Shown here: in pieces, positions 28,787-36,664 of the stretch | How the letters are laid out: the number at the start of each line of letters is the position of its first letter | How positions within the stretch are numbered: the first letter of the stretch is position 1 | From: Alphaproteobacteria bacterium | Lineage (GTDB): Bacteria; Pseudomonadota; Alphaproteobacteria; GCA-2731375 | NCBI GenBank assembly: GCA_965232515.1 | Contig: CBDDPY010000002.1 | Location: 3,712,001 to 3,776,000 of the forward strand | DNA length: 64,000 nucleotides | Direction: 5' to 3' | Program-made: the position numbers and the translations under genes | Notes under the pieces: generated by a model | Databases searched by the model: none | What the model saw: the letters and a program-made list of their open reading frames with translations, nothing else | What the model was told of the DNA's origin: nothing

Positions 28787-29749
28787 ATGATGTTTCAATC
28801 AATCACGCGCCGTGGCCTGCTGGCCGGCCTTGCCCTGACCGTCGCCGCCGCCGGCGGCCTGACCGTTTCCACCGCCACATCAGCGGGAGCCTATCCCGAG
28901 AAACCGGTAACGCTGGTCGTGCCCTACCGGGCCGGCGGCAGCACCGAGACCATGGCCCGCGTCTTCGCCAAGGCGCTCGGCGCCGAGCTCGGCCAGCCGA
29001 TCGTCGTCAAGACCCGGCCCGGCGCCGGCGGCGCGGTCGGCGCCACGGAAGTCGCGGCCGCGGCGCCCGACGGACACACGATCCTTTTCGCCGCCACCGC
29101 GTCGCTGCTCTGGCCGCCGCTGACGCAGAAGGTCGAATACGACCTGACGAGCTTCAAATACGTGGCTCAGATCACCGAGTATCAGCAGGCCATCGTCGCC
29201 AAGGCCGACGCGCCCTACAACACGCTGGCCGAGCTGATCGCGCACTCGAAGCAGGGCGGCGGCCTGAACTACGCCGATCAGAGCGCCATGTCGCGCGCCT
29301 ATATCGACTTCATCGCGGCGCAGGAAGGCGTCGAATGGACCGGCATCCCGACCAAGGGCGGCGGCGAGATGGTGCCGTTCCTGCTGGGCGGCAAGGTCGA
29401 CTTCGCCTGGAGCGGCGGCATCCACAACCGCTATGCCGAGAAGATGAAGGTGTTGGCCTCGATGAACAGCGGCCGGCTGATCGCCTCGCCCGACACACCG
29501 TCGATCGGCGAGACCTACGGCATCGCCATGCCCAGCCAGGCCGTCATCGTCGCGCCCAAAGACACGCCACAGGACGTGGTCGACACGCTGCAGGCCGCCA
29601 TCGAGACGGCGACCAAGGACGCCGACTTCGCCGATCTGGTCGAGAACAAACTGAAGTTCCCGGTGAAGTTCGTCGGCGCATCGGCGTTGCAGACCGATAT
29701 CGACCAGACCGTCACGGGCCTGAAGAAGGTAGTCGAGCAGACCCAATGA
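28787..29749 (+). CDS. tctC: Tripartite tricarboxylate transporter substrate-binding protein (TctC/Bug)
   Basis: Tat-like TRRGLL, YPEKPVTLVVPYRAGGSTE, PGAGGAVG and APDGHT. Confidence 0.88.
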   Translation: MMFQSITRRGLLAGLALTVAAAGGLTVSTATSAGAYPEKPVTLVVPYRAGGSTETMARVFAKALGAELGQPIVVKTRPGAGGAVGATEVAAAAPDGHTILFAATASLLWPPLTQKVEYDLTSFKYVAQITEYQQAIVAKADAPYNTLAELIAHSKQGGGLNYADQSAMSRAYIDFIAAQEGVEWTGIPTKGGGEMVPFLLGGKVDFAWSGGIHNRYAEKMKVLASMNSGRLIASPDTPSIGETYGIAMPSQAVIVAPKDTPQDVVDTLQAAIETATKDADFADLVENKLKFPVKFVGASALQTDIDQTVTGLKKVVEQTQ

Positions 29750-30237
29750 CCTCCGCCGAGGCGGGCGAGGACACCGCCGCGGACGGCACGAGACCGGCGA
29801 CCGACATCATCGCCGGCGCCGTCCTGGTGGTTCTCGCGCTCGCTGCGCTGTTCTGGATCGTACCCGCCTATACCGAGACCGATGTCGGCGACTACGACGT
29901 GTCGCCCGCCTTCTTTCCGCGGCTCGGCGCCGGCGTGGTCCTGGTCCTGGCTCTGGCCCTGATCGCCGTCGGCGCACGGCGCCATATGGCTGGCGGCAAA
30001 GACGGCAGACCCGGCCGCCGCGTGCTGCTGGAAATGCTGATCTGGGCCGCCGCCGCCACGGCCACGGTCGTCGGTCTGCAGACCATCGGTTTCATTGCCA
30101 CGTCGGCGATCGTCGTCGTTGGGTGGATGTTGCTGGCCGGCCAGCGCCAGTGGCTGCTTGTCGGCGCGGCGGCGGTGCTGTTTCCGCTCGCCGTCGATAC
30201 GGCGGCCTGGGTCTTTTTCACCGTCGATCTGCCGTAG
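29746..30237 (+). CDS. tctB: Tripartite tricarboxylate transporter small membrane subunit
   Basis: About 4-5 TM segments, SPAFFP and C-terminal VDLP, between tctC and tctA. Confidence 0.8.
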   Translation: MTSAEAGEDTAADGTRPATDIIAGAVLVVLALAALFWIVPAYTETDVGDYDVSPAFFPRLGAGVVLVLALALIAVGARRHMAGGKDGRPGRRVLLEMLIWAAAATATVVGLQTIGFIATSAIVVVGWMLLAGQRQWLLVGAAAVLFPLAVDTAAWVFFTVDLP

Positions 30238-30256
30238 CCGCCGGGCGAGGCGCGAC

Positions 30257-31738
30257 ATGCTGGAACAGCTGCTTACCGGTTTCGACGCGGCGCTCACCCT
30301 CGGCAATCTCGCCTTCATTGCCGCGGGCGTCGCGCTTGGTATCGTCATCGGCGTGATCCCCGGGCTCGGCAGCGTCACCGCGCTGGCGGTGCTGATCCCC
30401 ATCACCTTCTACATGCAGCCGCTGGCGGCCATCGCCTTCCTGGTCGGTGTCAACAAGGGGGGCACGTCGGGCGGCGCCGTGCCGGCGATCCTGCTGAACG
30501 CGCCCGGCACGCCGGAGGCGGCGGCGACCGCGCTCGACGGCCATCCGCTCGCCCGCAAGGGCCAGGCCGAAAAGGCCATGAAGTTCGCGCTGTTTTCGTC
30601 GGTCACCGGCGACACGTTTTCGGACATCGTACTGATCCTGGTCGCCGCGCCCTTCGCGGTCATTGCGCTCCAGTTCGGTCCGCTGGAATTCACCGCCGTC
30701 CTGCTGTTCGCGTTCGCCCTGCTGTCGGGCCTCGCCGGCTCGTCGCCGCTCAAGGGCCTGACGGCGATCTTCCTCGGCGTGTTCCTCAGCACCATCGGCC
30801 TCGATCCCATCGACAGCACGGCGCGCATGACCTTCGGTCAGGTCCAGCTGTTCGACGGCCTGCCGCTCGCCGCGATCGCCATCGGCGCGCTGGCGCTGGC
30901 GTCGGTGATCGAACAGCTCTTCGGGCTCTGGCGCGAGGGCGAGACATCAACGGATCGGGCCGCCGCACGGGGCGACAGGGCCGCGAACCGGCTGCCGTTC
31001 CGCACCTTCTTCGGCTACCGCAAGACGCTGCTGCGGTCGGCCTTCATCGGCTCTGTCGTCGGCATGCTGCCCGGCCTCGGCGTCTCGCTGGCCGCCTTCC
31101 TGAGCTATGGCGCGGCGCGGCGTGCGTCGGCCGACGCCGACAGCTTCGGCCGCGGCAATCCGGAAGGCATCGTCGCCACCGAGGCCGCTAACAGCGCCGT
31201 CGTCGGCGCCAACCTGGTGCCGACCATCGCGCTCGGCATTCCGGGCAACATCGCCGCGGCGCTGCTGATCGGCGCCTTTATGATCCACGGCGTGGTGCCG
31301 GGACCGTTCATGATGACCATGCACGGCGAGCTGATCTATGCGCTGTTCGCGTCAATGCTGATCGCCAATGTCGTGCATCTCGCGATCGGCACGGTCGGCA
31401 TCCGGCTTTGGGCGCATGTCGCCCGCGTGCCGCGCGGCGTGATCCTGCCGATGGTCATCGTGCTCTGCATCGCCGGGGTCTACCTGCCGACTCAGTCCAT
31501 GTTCGATATCGGCGTCATGCTGGCCTTCGCCGGCGTCGGCCTGGTCATGCGCCGCACGGGATTCTCCGTCGTCTGTCTGGTGATTGGCTTCCTGCTGGGC
31601 GGCATGTTCGAAACCTCCCTGCGGCAGGCACTTCTGTTGTACAAGTCCGACATGACCGCCGTTCTGCAAAGCCCGATCGCGCTGATCTTCCTGGCGCTGA
31701 CGGTCTTCATCCTCGTGCGTGCATTTCGCCGCGGCTGA
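30257..31738 (+). CDS. tctA: Tripartite tricarboxylate transporter large permease
   Basis: GVIPGLG, ILLNAPGTP, TALDGHP, EAANSA and LGIPG. Confidence 0.9.
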   Translation: MLEQLLTGFDAALTLGNLAFIAAGVALGIVIGVIPGLGSVTALAVLIPITFYMQPLAAIAFLVGVNKGGTSGGAVPAILLNAPGTPEAAATALDGHPLARKGQAEKAMKFALFSSVTGDTFSDIVLILVAAPFAVIALQFGPLEFTAVLLFAFALLSGLAGSSPLKGLTAIFLGVFLSTIGLDPIDSTARMTFGQVQLFDGLPLAAIAIGALALASVIEQLFGLWREGETSTDRAAARGDRAANRLPFRTFFGYRKTLLRSAFIGSVVGMLPGLGVSLAAFLSYGAARRASADADSFGRGNPEGIVATEAANSAVVGANLVPTIALGIPGNIAAALLIGAFMIHGVVPGPFMMTMHGELIYALFASMLIANVVHLAIGTVGIRLWAHVARVPRGVILPMVIVLCIAGVYLPTQSMFDIGVMLAFAGVGLVMRRTGFSVVCLVIGFLLGGMFETSLRQALLLYKSDMTAVLQSPIALIFLALTVFILVRAFRRG

Positions 31739-31743
31739 CCGCG

Positions 31744-32556
31744 ATGGGACGCAGCGCCAGCAGCCGCAAGGCCATCGCCCCCGACGATCTGGAGACCTTT
31801 CTGCATGGCCAGATGCGGGACGCCATGGCGCAGCCGAAGCGCACCAAGCGCACGGCCGTACGGCTGGCGCTGACCGCGGCGATCCGCGAGGCCGTGCTGG
31901 GGCCGGGTGATCGGCTGCCGCCGGAAACCGAGCTCGCCGACATGCTCGGCGTCAGCCTGGGCACGGTGCAGGCTGCCTTGCGCCAGCTGCAGCAGGTCGG
32001 CGTCATCACCCGCCGCCGCGGCGACGGCAGCAAGGTCGCGTCCGCCGTGGCCGAAGACTCGCCGATCTGGCACTTTCGCTTCGCGCGCCGGCACGACGGC
32101 GCGTCCGTCCGGCTGATCGATCATACCGTGCTGCGGATCGACACAACGACCGAGCAGGGCGTTTGGACCCGCTTTCTCGGACCCCGCTCCAGCTATATCC
32201 GGATCAAGCGTCGCTTTGCCGAACCGGACTGCCAGCCGATCGGGGCCGAGATGTTTCTCGACCCCGCGCTGGCGCCGGGCCTGTCGCAACTGACGGCGAG
32301 CGATCTGGAGATGATCAATATTCGCGCGCACCTCTTCGAGCAGTTCGGCATCGAGACGATCGGCGCCGAGCATCGCGTGCAGACGGCGACCGCGGACGCC
32401 GCGACGGCGAGGACCTTCGGCATTGCGCCCGGCGAAGCGGTCTTCGAGATCCACGCCGAGGCGTTCTCGCACGACCACAGGCCGACATACTTTCAGCGCA
32501 TCTATGTGCCGACGGCCGACTACGTGCTGCTGTTTCGCAACCTGATCGCGCGCTAA
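31744..32556 (+). CDS. GntR-family regulator with a UTRA-like C-terminal domain
   Basis: GDRLPPETELADMLGVSLGTVQAAL and RRRGDGS. Confidence 0.85.
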   Translation: MGRSASSRKAIAPDDLETFLHGQMRDAMAQPKRTKRTAVRLALTAAIREAVLGPGDRLPPETELADMLGVSLGTVQAALRQLQQVGVITRRRGDGSKVASAVAEDSPIWHFRFARRHDGASVRLIDHTVLRIDTTTEQGVWTRFLGPRSSYIRIKRRFAEPDCQPIGAEMFLDPALAPGLSQLTASDLEMINIRAHLFEQFGIETIGAEHRVQTATADAATARTFGIAPGEAVFEIHAEAFSHDHRPTYFQRIYVPTADYVLLFRNLIAR

Positions 32557-32569
32557 CGGCAGAACGCCG

Positions 32570-32797
32570 TCATCCGACGAAGAGGATGATGAAAGCGATG
32601 ATCAAGGCAAACAGCGCGATCGCCTCGGTCAGCGCGAAGCCGAGCAGGCCGACGGGCTGCACGACCTCGCCGGCGCCAGGGTTGCGGGCGATAGACGAAA
32701 TCCAGTCGGCGAAGATCTTGCCGAGCGCGAGGGCGACGCCGAGCAGTGGAAGCACGGCGAACGAAGCCGCCAGCAGTCGGATGCCATCATCGGTCAT
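32570..32797 (-). CDS. atpE: F0F1 ATP synthase subunit c paralog (stand-alone)
   Basis: 75 aa, two hydrophobic helices, ARNP loop and essential carboxylate in GFALTEAIALF. AAGGAG ribosome-binding site. Confidence 0.92.
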   Translation of the reverse strand: MTDDGIRLLAASFAVLPLLGVALALGKIFADWISSIARNPGAGEVVQPVGLLGFALTEAIALFALIIAFIILFVG

Positions 32798-32851
32798 ATC
32801 TTGGTCTCCTTTTCATTGACGTAAGCGATGGAGCCGGGGGGCTGGCTTTGG

Positions 32852-33616
32852 CTAATGCGCATGCAGCGCGTCCCGGATGTAGAGCGATGTGATCAGGATG
32901 AAGATGTAGGCCTGGACCAGGAAGATCAGGCACTCGAAGCCGTAGAGCACGATCATCATGATGACCGGCAGGATCGAGACGCCCAATCCGGTCACGCCGA
33001 GCGCTTCCGTCAACATGACGCAGAAGTCCGCGAACAGCTTGATCATGATGTGGCCGGCAAGAATGTTGGCGAAGATCCGAACGCCGAGCGTGATCGGCCG
33101 GAACAGGTACGAGATCACCTCGATAACGACGAGCACGGGCGCGAGATAGAGCGGCGTGCCGGCCGGCAGGAAAAAGCGGAAGAAGCCCGCCCCTTGCGTG
33201 CGTACGGCGAGGATGTTGACGTAGGCGAAGACGGTCAGCGACAGGGCGAGCGTCACCACCAGGTGGCTCGTGAACGTAAACTTGATCGGCGTCAGGCCGA
33301 TCAGGCTGCCGAACAGGATGAAGACGAACAGCGAGAACACGAACGGAATCGCCGAACGGGCTTCCTGCCCGGCGGTCTTGACCACCGTGTTGGCGACGAA
33401 GGAATAGACCGCCTCGACACTTGCCTGCATGCGGCCGGGCACCAGCGCCCGCTCCCGGATACCGTACATCAGGTAGGCGCTGACCAGGATGACCGTGGTG
33501 ATCATCGCCTGCGCCGATGTCGTGAATGACACGTTCGCGCCGAACAGCTCGAGCGGCACCAGCACGTCGATCTCAAACTGCCTTATGGCGTAAGGGGCTT
33601 CCGGTTCGTAAGCCAC
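32852..33616 (-). CDS. atpB: F0F1 ATP synthase subunit a paralog (stand-alone)
   Basis: LVPGRMQ, FTFTSH, IEVISYLFRPITLGVRIFANILAGH (essential Arg) and E..IFLVQAYIF. GTG at 33616 is 8 nt from AGGAGAGG; TTG at 33622 is an alternative start. Confidence 0.92.
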   Translation of the reverse strand: MAYEPEAPYAIRQFEIDVLVPLELFGANVSFTTSAQAMITTVILVSAYLMYGIRERALVPGRMQASVEAVYSFVANTVVKTAGQEARSAIPFVFSLFVFILFGSLIGLTPIKFTFTSHLVVTLALSLTVFAYVNILAVRTQGAGFFRFFLPAGTPLYLAPVLVVIEVISYLFRPITLGVRIFANILAGHIMIKLFADFCVMLTEALGVTGLGVSILPVIMMIVLYGFECLIFLVQAYIFILITSLYIRDALHAH

Positions 33617-33683
33617 AAACAAAACCTCTCCTGCGCGGCGGGCGTCATGCCCGCCGGCCGACGCGCAGGAGATGTTGGCTTAC
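33608..33683 (-). promoter_or_regulatory. Extended leader hairpin covering the atpB Shine-Dalgarno and start codon
   Basis: Nested inverted repeats 33608-33615/33676-33683 (8 bp), 33627-33637/33662-33672 (11 bp) and 33638-33643/33649-33654 (6 bp). Confidence 0.6.
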
Positions 33684-33685
33684 CG

Positions 33686-33723
33686 ATAGAATTAAAACGG
33701 CTGAGTTGATCGGCTTTTCCGAT
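33686..33723. promoter_or_regulatory. Candidate LysR/OxyR-type binding site upstream of atpB
   Basis: ATCG-N7-CGAT at 33709-33723 plus an ATAG half-site at 33686. Confidence 0.5.
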
Positions 33724-33748
33724 CATGGCGCGGCGGGCCCGCCGCCGG

Positions 33749-34669
33749 TCACTGCATGACCGTGACTTCCGGCACCCCGCTCCTCAAGATCCCGCGAACC
33801 AGCGCGGCCAAGGCGGAGAACTCTTCCGTGCGTGCGGAGTGACGCCGCCAGATCATGCCGATCGAGCGGAACGGCGCCCGCGTGCGCAGCGGCAAGGCGA
33901 CGACCTGTTCATCGTTCAACACCTCGGAGCGGACGTAGAGCGCGGGCAGGAATGACAGTCCCATGCCCATGCCCACCATCTGCCGGAGGGTGTCCAGGCT
34001 GGTGCCCTCATAGTCGAGCGAGAGCCTGGCGCCGAACTGATTACAGAGATCGCGGACCTGATCGTGCAAGCGATGACCCTGTTCCAGCGACAGCACGGTC
34101 TCGCCTTCCAGGTCGGAGCGGTCGACATGCTTACGCTTGGCCAGGCGGTGATCGCGGGGCACCACCACCCACAGCGGCTCGCGGAACAGCGGCACGCTTT
34201 CGAGGTCGGCGCCCTTCACCGGCGCCGGAAACAGCAGCAGATCGAGATTCCCCTCGTCGAGGCCGGTGAGCAGCATGCGCGGCATGGCCTCGCGCACGTA
34301 GAGCCTGAGGTTGGGATAGGTTTGCCGCAGTTCCGGCAGGATATGCGGCAGCAGATACGGCCCCAACGAATGCAGGATACCAAGCCGTATCGTCCCGCCC
34401 AGCAAGGTCTGATCGTGCTTGGCCAGCGCCACAATGTCCTGCACGTCCCGCAGGATGACCCGCGCGCGCGTCGCGATCTCACCGCCGATGGGGGTCAGGA
34501 TAACCCGCGCCCGGCTGCGCTCGACCAGCTGCACGCCGAGCTTCTTCTCGAGCTCGCTGAGCTGCCCGCTCAGAGTCGGCTGGGTGACGTGGCTGATCTC
34601 CGCGGCGCGGCGGAAATGCAATGTGTCGGCAATGGCAACCAGATAACGCAGTTGCTGCAACGTCGGCAT
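33749..34669 (-). CDS. LysR-family regulator, OxyR-like but lacking the peroxidatic Cys
   Basis: MPTLQQLRYLVAIADTLHFRRAAE..VTQPTLS, LGPYLLP, LEQGHRLHDQV and TSLDTLRQMV. Confidence 0.9.
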   Translation of the reverse strand: MPTLQQLRYLVAIADTLHFRRAAEISHVTQPTLSGQLSELEKKLGVQLVERSRARVILTPIGGEIATRARVILRDVQDIVALAKHDQTLLGGTIRLGILHSLGPYLLPHILPELRQTYPNLRLYVREAMPRMLLTGLDEGNLDLLLFPAPVKGADLESVPLFREPLWVVVPRDHRLAKRKHVDRSDLEGETVLSLEQGHRLHDQVRDLCNQFGARLSLDYEGTSLDTLRQMVGMGMGLSFLPALYVRSEVLNDEQVVALPLRTRAPFRSIGMIWRRHSARTEEFSALAALVRGILRSGVPEVTVMQ

Positions 34670-34851
34670 GTTCAGACCCCACTCCTTGTCAAAACGCTTT
34701 CGAAAGGCGAAGCCTATCGAAACTTGTCTTAACTTCGATTGGTTCGATGAGATTTTCAAGCGCATATCTGCGGAGCATTGGCCAGGACGCCGATGCGGTC
34801 CGGCTCGGCTGGGCCGGATTACCCTCTGGCGACGCGGAGCAGACGGACGGT

Positions 34852-35820
34852 ATGAAGCGTTTCAAGAACATTCTCATGGTCTGCGACGACCAGGGCCTGC
34901 ACGACGCGATGATCGGCCGCGCCATCTGGCTGGCCAAGGCCAACGACGCCCGGATCACACTGGTCGATATCGTCGACGCTGCGCCCGGCGACCTGACGCG
35001 AAAGTTCGCCGCCCTGCCGGGCTCAAGGTCATATGATTTCGAATACGAGGTGCTGGAGCTGCACCGCGCGCGGTTGAGCGAGATCGGCGGCGCCTTTCGA
35101 GCGGAAAAGATCGATACGACGGAGCTGGTGCTGCAAGGCACGCCGTTCATCGAGATCATCAAGCAGGTCCTGCGCGCGGAGCACGACCTTGTTTTCAAAG
35201 GCGTGGATCAGCCGTCCGACACGAACAGCTTTTTCTTCTCCAGCACCCACTTGCATCTGCTGCGCAAGTGCCCCTGCCCGGTCTGGGTCATCAAGAAGAG
35301 CCGTCGCCGTCAATACGCCCGGGTGCTGGCCGCCGTCGATCCGGATCCGGCGGACCCCGGCCGCAACGCGCTCAACCGGCTGATCATGGACCTGTCGACC
35401 TCGCTCTCGGCGCTGGACGGCAGCGAACTGCATGTGCTGAACGCCTGGGGCTTCGGCGAAGAGACGACGCTGCGTCACAGCGCATTCCTCAAGATTCCCG
35501 AGGAGGATCTCGACATCCTCATCGAGGAGGAGCGGAAGCGAAGCGCCGAGAGGTTGGATCAGCTGTTGCTGAACTATCCTGGCGACAAATCCGGGTCTGG
35601 CCCGGACCGCCAGATTCACCTGATCAAGGGCAACGCGCCGGAGGTGATACCTGAATTCGCGCGGAAGCGGCGGGTGGAGCTGATCGTCATGGGCACGGTC
35701 GCCCGCACCGGCATCAGCGGGCTGTTCATCGGCAACACGGCGGAGTCCATCCTCAGCCAGATCGAATGCTCGATCCTCGCCGTCAAGCCGCCGGGCTTCG
35801 AAACACCGGTGAAGTTGTAG
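34852..35820 (+). CDS. Universal stress protein with tandem USP domains (UspE-like)
   Basis: FKNILMV, LLRKCPCPVWV and LIVMGTVARTGISGLFIGNTAE. Confidence 0.9.
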   Translation: MKRFKNILMVCDDQGLHDAMIGRAIWLAKANDARITLVDIVDAAPGDLTRKFAALPGSRSYDFEYEVLELHRARLSEIGGAFRAEKIDTTELVLQGTPFIEIIKQVLRAEHDLVFKGVDQPSDTNSFFFSSTHLHLLRKCPCPVWVIKKSRRRQYARVLAAVDPDPADPGRNALNRLIMDLSTSLSALDGSELHVLNAWGFGEETTLRHSAFLKIPEEDLDILIEEERKRSAERLDQLLLNYPGDKSGSGPDRQIHLIKGNAPEVIPEFARKRRVELIVMGTVARTGISGLFIGNTAESILSQIECSILAVKPPGFETPVKL

Positions 35821-35847
35821 GCGCGCGTTCGCGACGCGCTGCGGGGT

Positions 35848-36033
35848 TCACTCGGCGCGTTGCAGCACGCGCTCGCGACGCCAGAAGACCTGCGCCACAT
35901 AGGCTTCGGCCGAGTCGTGTCCGAACCGCGCCAGGCAATCATGGTAAACGGCTTCGGCCCGACCAACGGCACACATTTCCATGTCCGACTTGCCCTGCGC
36001 GTCGCGCACCCGTCCCAACTTGGTTTCCGACAT
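35848..36033 (-). CDS. Hypothetical small protein (61 aa)
   Basis: GGAGGG 7 nt upstream of the ATG; fills the gap after the usp gene; no family recognised. Confidence 0.5.
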   Translation of the reverse strand: MSETKLGRVRDAQGKSDMEMCAVGRAEAVYHDCLARFGHDSAEAYVAQVFWRRERVLQRAE

Positions 36034-36144
36034 CGGCCGTCCCTCCAGCTATCAGTGCGGCCTTGCAGCCGCGACGCCTTCCCCTTAGCAATCAATTTGG
36101 CGGCACCGGCCGGCCGCGGCCAATCGATCCGCAGGCGTAAGTTC

Positions 36145-36251
36145 ATCGAATCCCGCAATCAACCGCCGCGCCCATCAAATCGATTGACCATGACGATCCC
36201 ATATCAACTTTTTGATAGAAACAAACAATCAATACTTTGAAGAAAATCGAC
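36145..36251. promoter_or_regulatory. Cluster of candidate LysR boxes between the two divergent small genes
   Basis: ATCG-N7-CAAT (36145), ATTG-N7-CGAT (36183) and ATAG-N7-CAAT-N7-TTGA-N7-CGAC (36215-36251) in an AT-rich tract. Confidence 0.5.
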
Positions 36252-36343
36252 TAGGACAATCGGCCGCGAGCAGCCACATCCAAGCCAGTCAGCCAATCGG
36301 AATTCGGCAGACGTATCGGGACCGAGCAGGAGGAAATGGGCCA

Positions 36344-36562
36344 ATGGACATCGAAAACCGCTACGACGCGCTGATCGAGCGGCACTGCAGACTGGAAACC
36401 AAAATCGCTGCCGAACAAAAAAGGCCCCTGCCCGACGCGCTCCTGTTGCAACGGTTGAAGCGCGAGAAGCTGCTGCTGAAAGACGAGATCGAGTCGTGGG
36501 AACGGTTGTTGGCGGCGATTAAGGTCCGGCCGGTCTTCCGGGCCGGCGCGCCGCACGCCTGA
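36344..36562 (+). CDS. YdcH/DUF465-family small coiled-coil protein
   Basis: L.ERH..LE.KI..E.KRP.PD...LQRLKREKLLLKDEI pattern. AGGAGG ribosome-binding site. Confidence 0.85.
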   Translation: MDIENRYDALIERHCRLETKIAAEQKRPLPDALLLQRLKREKLLLKDEIESWERLLAAIKVRPVFRAGAPHA

Positions 36563-36664
36563 TCCGTAGGAGACGGTGTTCAGGGGGCGGTACGGAATTC
36601 AATTGCATCGGATGGTGGGAAAGGGGACTTGATCCGACGTCACTGATAAACATGTCTACGCATG

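Noticed and set aside
32570-33616. Interpreting atpB/atpE as an N-ATPase, a Na+-ATPase or pseudogene remnants
   Set aside because: No atpD/C/Q/R/F/A/G genes, no ES/T..Y Na+ signature in subunit c, and both ORFs are full-length with essential residues and good ribosome-binding sites.
33749-34669. Calling the LysR oxyR
   Set aside because: The peroxidatic Cys of GHC is replaced by Arg, and no peroxide-defence genes are nearby.
36569-36660. Resemblance to a fluoride (crcB) riboswitch: GGAGACGGTGTTC ... CTGATAAACATGTCTAC
   Set aside because: The P1 partner expected right after GTTC is missing (AGGGG instead of CTCC) and the spacing is too long. Kept only as an unclassified structured element.
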